Shown here: positions 31,880 to 38,200 of the stretch, piece by piece | Position numbering within the stretch: position 1 is the stretch's first letter | How the letters are laid out: each line of letters starts with the position of its first letter | From: Hydrurus foetidus | Lineage: Eukaryota | Direction: 5' to 3' | Length of the DNA stretch: 38,200 bases | NCBI GenBank assembly: GCA_900617105.1 | Contig: UYFQ01000763.1 | Coordinates: 1-38,200 of the forward strand | Made by a program: the position numbers and the translations under genes | The notes under the pieces: model-generated | Told to the model about the DNA's origin: nothing | What the model saw: the letters and a program-made list of their open reading frames with translations, nothing else | Database searches by the model: none

Positions 31880-33763
31880 CTCAAATCAACTTTCAGATGT
31901 TGAATTGATGTTGATTAGGAGGAGCTGTTAGTAATATAAATATTTTTTTTCTAATTATGTACCTGTACAATCGAGGTACAAAAAAGCTCAAGAATTTTGT
32001 CACAAGGGGCCTGTTTTGTACCTCGACAAAACAGGAAATTTACTTTTTTTTAATTTTTTTGTTTTTTGTACTCCACTACAATCAAGAATACAAGTAAGAG
32101 GTACAAAACAGGAATTTTGTATTTTGTATTTTGTACTCCACTGGGACCGACCTTAGAATCGGATTTCGGTTTTTGAAATCCAATTCTGACTTTTTCGATT
32201 TCCGACGCGGAGATTGTCGAAAAATAGGCCGAATTTCCGACAATCTCCGCGTCGGAAATCGAAATAGTCATAATTGGATTTCTGTTTTTGAAATCCAATT
32301 CTGACTTTCCCTGAAATCTGACACCGTAAGGACCGGCCTCAAAGTCGAAGGGGACGAATTTTAGTTTGTGTTTTTCTTTCCGGTTTGGAATGTCGTTCGA
32401 TTTTCAGTTTTTTTAGTACATATGGGTTTCTCCGGCCACTGGGATCTTGGACTGTACGGAGGGATCAGATGCATTTTTCAAATCATTAGATGTCAATTTT
32501 CTTTTTATCAGATCTAAAGTTTATCTGAGGTTCATGAGATGTCTCGCCTCGAAGTACCATCACGATGTCACCTCATGACCAATAACAATTCAGGGACAGT
32601 TCAGACGACTCTGAAAATTTGGAGGATTAAAAAGGATCATATTTTATACAGCGCCTACAGATTTCAGCGAGCAATTTCGACTACAAAGTGCGTAAATCGA
32701 TGCAACGGTGACATCAATCATGAATCTTGAAATGTCCATCCTATCTACGAATCCTCAGGTCACGTGCCTTTCTAATGAAGCCACTTCTTTTGTAATTCTG
32801 ATAATAGGTTTCAATACTGTACTCTTGCTGGTCAACAGGGATTGCTTGGCGTAGGCTGTTGAGTGAATTTTTAGAATCACGATGAGTAGGTCGCTGACAA
32901 TATTTTGTGTCGCGCCCGATCCGAATTTCATCTGCCGATTGCTTTCAAAACGATTGAGCTATTGTAATTCAACGATTCTCAAATTGTAATGAATTACTTA
33001 CCGCCCAATAAGTCATATTTATTTCATCTACCGGGAACTCTCCATCACCTTTTACTGACAAACTCTCCGTAATTTCATCTGATATAGTTTGGTTTATTTA
33101 ATTGGACTCATCATTAATTTGTTTGCTCATTTCCATCGCAAGGCATTCCTAATCCACATCTATTCCATTCACTATTGTCATGTCCTTATTGATTGTAACA
33201 GTATTTTCAATACTGTTGTCATCCATTATATGATCCGCTCCTTTTTCGTTATGATCACTATTTTTGCTAAATTGAAATCAATGTGATAATATAATAAATA
33301 AGAAATAGTCGAATTGATAAGAATTGACAAAAGTTATAACAATTGTTTAATACAGTTGGACAAAAAGTAACATGTAAGGCTTCTTGTCAGCGATCCCTAC
33401 AATTTGAGTTGTCAGCCGATTAAAATCTCCATCCAGCCAAAAAAAGTATTGCCCAAAGACGAACATAAAATTTCTGCCACCTGAGAGAAGATCGCTGGCA
33501 CCAAAGAATCTGATGAAGCCTCCGTCCAACTGCTAATCACGACTGACGCTCCGATTGAGGAATGATATTGTGTCGGATGTCGAATAGTTGACGCTTGCTG
33601 ACAACTTCGGCTGGTGGGACGCAGTCCGTACAGTCCATACAGCATCATGTTGGGGCGGAAATGGGGATCTTGGGACCGGTTACAGCGAGAAGCAAGGGAC
33701 CGGTTACAGAGAGAACAGCAAAATTCGTTTTATACGGTGTTTTTCGTTACTTTCGACCGATTT

Positions 33764-33939
33764 TACCTAGTACAACTTACGTTTTTAGAAAAAAGAACCT
33801 CCGGCACAAAAGGCCGGAAAAAATTCTACCGGGACCAGTTACAGCGAGAAGTACCTAGTACAACTTACGTTTTTAGAAAAAAGAACCTCCGGCACAAAAG
33901 GCCGGAAAAAATTCTACCGGGACCAGTTACAGCGAGAAG
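33764..33939. repeat. exact 88-bp tandem duplication in the subterminal region of the TIR element
   Basis: 33764-33851 = 33852-33939. The GGGACC[AG]GTTACAG[CA]GAGAA motif also occurs near 33672 and 33697. Confidence 0.92.
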
Positions 33940-34013
33940 TCGTCAAATCCGGGAAATTTTTTCAAAATCCGGGAAAAAATAATTTTGAACAGTTTGGCAC
34001 GCCATACTCAACG

Positions 34014-34499
34014 TAGGCATTTGTATGGCCCCCCCCTGCCAAAAAGGGGTCATTTTTGGCAGGATTTTGCCTGCCATTTTGCCAGTTTTGAAAAATCATC
34101 TCAAAACATCTTGAACTTGAAATCTGAATATGAGAAACGATCAGGTCAGTGGCCAAACGTCCAAAAACACAATAATAGAAGGTGTCGTGGCTGGCAACGA
34201 CCGATGATATGAGATATTACAGTACGAACGGTTGACGCCCGTACTGATATCACGTACGTATGGTTGAATTTCCCTCCGGTATACCCGGTAAATTTTTTAA
34301 CTTCACGGTATAGTAAATTGGCTGGCAGATTTGTACGGATTTACGGTCTACAAATTGGTGAAAATAGGCCTAATATTGGCCTAATATGACTTCTGACGAG
34401 TTGGCATAAGTTCCGGATAGTTGCCAGAAGCAGCCAATTCGCGCTTTTACGTTCTCTGCCAGAAAGGCTCTTTTTTTTTGCCAGGTGTACAAATGCCTA
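34014..34499. mobile_element. hAT-like MITE (486 bp)
   Basis: 12-bp TIR TAGGCATTTGTA / TACAAATGCCTA and 8-bp TSD ACTCAACG (34500-34507; the left copy is reconstructed from 28979-28984 plus 34012-34013). Confidence 0.85.
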
Positions 34500-34878
34500 A
34501 CTCAACGAGGCCAAAGTCTGATCGGTAAACCGTGTAGTTTGCTTCCGGTTCTATCAGGCGACTGGTGCAGTCAACCTATTCAGATAGAATATGCGTTGTT
34601 TATAACCCTTGCACTTGTAATATAAACTGTGAACTCCTTGCGAACAAGTCTTTGATTGCACAGGCGCGCTTTCCTGCACTCTCAAAAGCCTCGGGGAGAA
34701 GGAGCTCAGTAGATAAGGCTACTGCTTAATTACGTGGCAAAGAAATATAACAGTTGCAGTAGACTGCACTGTGTATTTCTAAAATTGCAGAATGTGCATA
34801 TACGTGGCATGCATCAATGATCTAGATCAACTACCTCAGATTCTCTACACATTCATTACCTATTGGATGCTATGAGCG

Positions 34879-35095
34879 TGTGACCCGCACAGCTGTACAG
34901 CTGTACGGGTACAGGCGTACGTTCGGTTCGGATCGGGGACGATCCGAGCCATCCGATTCATGACTTGCCTATCGCTGTGTTTATCTGTAAGCTAACCACA
35001 TCTCTTTAGCAACAGCACCAGCACACCAGCTGCCTTCCCCTTGCCCACGCGTCCCGTTCCATCAGACCCACCGCTGAACCCAGAGTTAGGCCATA
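34879..35095 (+). repeat. 5' LTR of gypsy copy B
   Basis: TGTGACC...GGCCATA (terminal CA appears as TA); aligns end to end with 3294-3510. Confidence 0.9.
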
Positions 35096-35633
35096 ATACT
35101 AGTATTTGGACCAACTTGGTGCTCTTTTTAGAGACCAGTTCCAAAAAGCGTTCCAAAAACATCGCCACGACCCACAAAACGGCGTGCAAACAAGCTAGTA
35201 ACTTGGAAACAACGTCGAAAGACACTACAAAGGCTACGTCTAATCGACAGCCTCTGAAACGCTTTCGTTAAAAAGTTCGAGTCGTCGATATTTTCGCGAC
35301 AAAATCGTGACGGCTTCAAAACTCGAAGCCTAACGAAGCAAGTAGCTCTGAGTCGAGCAAAAGCAAGTCCCATCGTTAGAGAAACGAAAGCTGGCCAAAA
35401 CGCCCGCAGTTTAGTTCCTTGAGAGGTTCAAAACGCCAGGCAACTTTTCGAGCGATTTCCGACGAAATCGCGCGAAAGTAAACCACCAACAGCTCCATCA
35501 GTTAAAGGATCCTACGATCCCACGACATCATAGCTGCGGGATATATCCTCAGCTCCATAGAGAGCCGCGTCCGAGTTCCGTCGCTGTCCAAGACCCCAAG
35601 ATCCAGACGTTTCAAGCTCAAGACAAAAGTCCC

Positions 35634-38200
35634 ATGACAAGGGCCCAAATAAAGAAGAAAGCGGCTGCTAGCGCAGCCGCCTCTGCTTCTTCAGCTCCAA
35701 GCGCTTCGCGCAGTGCTCCTCTCACTGAGAAGGAGAAGCACAAAGCGGAGCAGGCCCTTGTAAAGAAAAACATCGAGAAATCGATACAGGCTCTGGCCAA
35801 AGAAGCAATACATGTTTCGGCTACCCCAACTCGTCTTGAGGACGAACAAATTTTCTTCCAAAGCGTCTTAGCAGCAACAAAAGAAATGCAAGCAGCTCAC
35901 AAGCTAGAGCAAGCACAAATAGCTGCTGCACAAGCTGCTGCCGACGCTTTAGAGCCCTCAAACGACGAGCTCCTCGGGTTGGCACCCGAGGAAGCCGAGG
36001 GCGAGACAGACTCCCCTCTCGATACCCGCGGGTACCTAAAAAGAGGGGGAGAAACCTCGATACTCCCTCCGCGACTGCAACAGATCGGTGCAGAGGACGA
36101 TCTGTTCGAACCATCAGTCGACGCCAAAGTCACAACAAAAAGGCATCCGACACCGGCAAGGCCGAGGCCGACGCCGAGTCAGATCCGGAGGCTGACGCCG
36201 ACGGTGACGACAATGCCAACAACAACGACGACGACAAACCCCCCGACGAGTCCGACGACGACAACGACAGTAACGTCGACGACGTTAACGACACGGGAGG
36301 CGATGGTGGCAACCCCGACAGCTCCTCCGACGAGTCCGACGCAAGTAGTGGCGACGGGGACGACGGAGAGGGTGACGGGGACGACGACGGGAACGACAAC
36401 AGCGACGACGATGAGGCGAAAGCCGAAGTCGAAGTCGAAGTCGAAGACGACGAGGAGGTCGAACCCGAAAAGTCTAAGCCCAAGGACAAGAAGTCCCTTA
36501 AGATAAAACCCCTCGCCAAGAAAAAGTCCCCAAAGGCGGGTCCCAAACCCGCCCCAAAGGACAAAAAGGTGAAAACCAAAACCGATGCCAAATCCGGTAA
36601 AACACACCGCGCGCAAAAGGCGGAAAACTCGGAAGAGGATTCCCCTCCACAACGCAAAGCGGGTTTGCAAACCTCCATCATCAACATGAAGGAGGCGTAC
36701 TACCTCACTCGAGAAAAACTTCTCGACGACGCTGATAAAGCAGCAAGAGCGTTTTACGAACAAGCATACCGCCCCGGTATGTTAACCAGTTGGGAAATGC
36801 TAATCGAAATGGATGCCATCCAAACGATCCGCGACCAGTTGCTTCGATGCAAAAGCGAGACAGGTTACAACACCAAGACTTGTCTCGCCTGGCCAACGGT
36901 CGACGGCAAAACGTTAACGTTAAAGAACATTGCAAATGATCTTAAAAAGATCTTTTACAAAAACAAACGTACGTCTTCCCATTTCGACTTCGAAATGAAG
37001 TTGAAGAATTGCAAATTCCGCATCAGCTGGAAAGATCCTTCCGTTGAAGACAGAGCTCTCTCTGAGTTCCGTGACATCCTACTCGGATTCTGGACGTCAT
37101 ACGACAATATCGATGCCGACATGCAAAATGATATCTGTAAGGCCTTCTACAAGAAGCTGCCAAAGAACAACAAGTTTACAGACAATTTCATGGCAAAGAC
37201 AAAACGTAAGACGAAAAAGACCGGGAAAGATACCATCTTCAAAATGCTCACGCGTCTTGTCGTCATGCTGGGCGAAGCACGCCAGATGATCAAAGACGCG
37301 GAGGACATGGGAGGTCTCGACTTCGTCTTCGAGTCAAAGCTCACGCCAACCGACCAAGACGACGCTGAGGTCGCACCTCACCGTGACAGCCACTCGGCTA
37401 ACGCCTACAAGGCAATCCCAAAACGTCAGGTGGACCCTGAGTCGTCCGGCCTCAGCCGGGCGACCAACTTCTGTCACACCTGTGGCAAAAGGGACACAAC
37501 CGTTACGAATGCCAAAACCACATGAACCCTCACTGCAACCGTAGTCATCGCACTTGGTCGCATTCTGAGGAGGCAAAGGACTTCAAACGGATTGGTCACG
37601 AATTCTTCGTACCAAATGTGTACATCAACGGGGAACTTACCCGGGACACCAACAACCCCGGGGCAGCTACCTACGTGTACCCATCTGACGATGTGGAGAA
37701 CGACTTCTCTCCTCCAGGGAGAGCCCAAGACGACCGTCCGACCAAGAAACAAAAGCTGGCCACCAACAACAACACCAAGTACAACAAGTACAAGAGCAAC
37801 CAGACTCAACCGGATAGGGACAACGATCGTTCTAACACGAACAAGTTGAGCTCCAACTACAAGGGAAAAAGTAAGTCACAACTTGCTAACCCAAGTACGG
37901 ACATAATCGAGTACGCTCGAGAATTACCGTCAATGAAACAACTTCTATCAGCTGTACTAACTGAAAACATAGATGATTTCTTACAAGTTCACATATCTCT
38001 ACCACAGATCCGATCGCAAATTTCAAACCAAGTCGCGACCGACCTGACGATCGCAGGGACAACTCGCACCAGGCGGAGAGCAAGGAGGGGGATAGACACA
38101 AATCTTCCTCGTCTTCCTCCTCCTCCTCCAACCAATACGTACCAAACTAGAGGCATGGAAGCCCTAGCCCAAATCGACACTGGATGTCAAGTCGGCATAA
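35634..38200 (+). pseudogene. gag: gypsy Gag-protease polyprotein (partial; two 1-nt frameshifts)
   Basis: ORF 35634 shifts at an A-run near 36137 into a D/E-rich then K-rich frame continuous with ORF 36569. A second shift at about 37491 restores CHTCGKRGHNRYEC (CCHC), and the frame stays open to ALAQIDTGC (aspartic protease) at the window end. Confidence 0.85.

Larger units (their letters stand above)
29558..32152. mobile_element. PIF/Harbinger DNA transposon (two convergent genes, decayed)
   Basis: About 40-bp imperfect TIRs (GGCCCTTCCTAGTGGAGTACAAA.. / ..TTTGTACTCCACTGGGACCGACC), TTA TSD at 29555-29557 and 32153-32155, and a PIF-type transposase remnant inside. Confidence 0.9.
29503..32356. 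mobile_element. fold-back (palindromic) MITE of about 256 bp, split by the Harbinger insertion
   Basis: 29497-29555 and 32304-32362 are inverted repeats with one mismatch. After removing 29558-32155 the whole unit is a near-perfect palindrome centred near 32228, with AATT on both sides. Confidence 0.78.
28985..34006. mobile_element. TIR DNA transposon (62-bp perfect TIRs, 5-bp TSD), non-autonomous host of three nested insertions
   Basis: 28985-29046 (TATGGCGTGCCAAACTGTTC...) is the exact reverse complement of 33945-34006. CTCAA flanks both ends (28980-28984 and 34007-34011). Confidence 0.88.
34879..38200 (+). mobile_element. Ty3/gypsy LTR retrotransposon, copy B (3' part outside the window)
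   Basis: 5' LTR homologous to 3294-3510, about 540-nt leader, then gag and the protease start. Confidence 0.92.

Noticed and set aside
33670..33940. Repeats as a CRISPR-like array
   Set aside because: Eukaryotic context, an exact tandem duplication with no unique spacers, and no cas genes; these are transposon subterminal repeats.
3294..35095. The two gypsy LTRs as ends of one giant element
   Set aside because: The left one follows pol + PPT (3' LTR) and the right one precedes gag (5' LTR). They are about 10% diverged and share no TSD.
36130..36763. Ser-rich and Val-rich antisense ORFs and the Thr-rich tail of ORF 35634
   Set aside because: Shadow frames of the GAC-rich acidic Gag segment.

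Overview
Eukaryotic, transposon-dense genomic DNA, most likely from a flagellated, plastid-bearing stramenopile (inferred from a TMEM107 ciliary gene, an ABC1 kinase with a probable bipartite plastid-targeting leader, and CoDi-like copia elements). There are three host genes: TMEM107 (+, 2 exons), a 14-exon protein farnesyltransferase beta subunit (-) and an intronless ABC1 kinase (-). They lie among two copies of one Ty3/gypsy chromovirus family, three Ty1/copia elements (one inserted in another, one interrupted by the gypsy) and a nested stack of five DNA-transposon/MITE insertions whose order can be read from their TSDs. Two RNA-level signals stand out. (1) Both CoDi-I-like copia elements separate gag from pol by a single in-frame UGA, followed by a shared C-R-R-N-U-A-G-G-C context and a ~75-nt hairpin that differs in sequence but sits at the same position and size, which looks like a programmed readthrough cassette. 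(2) All three copia elements lack a tRNA PBS. Instead, the 10-14 nt directly after the 5' LTR are complementary to a segment inside their own LTR, in the geometry of Tf1-type self-priming. All pairings and alignments were done by eye and need computational confirmation.
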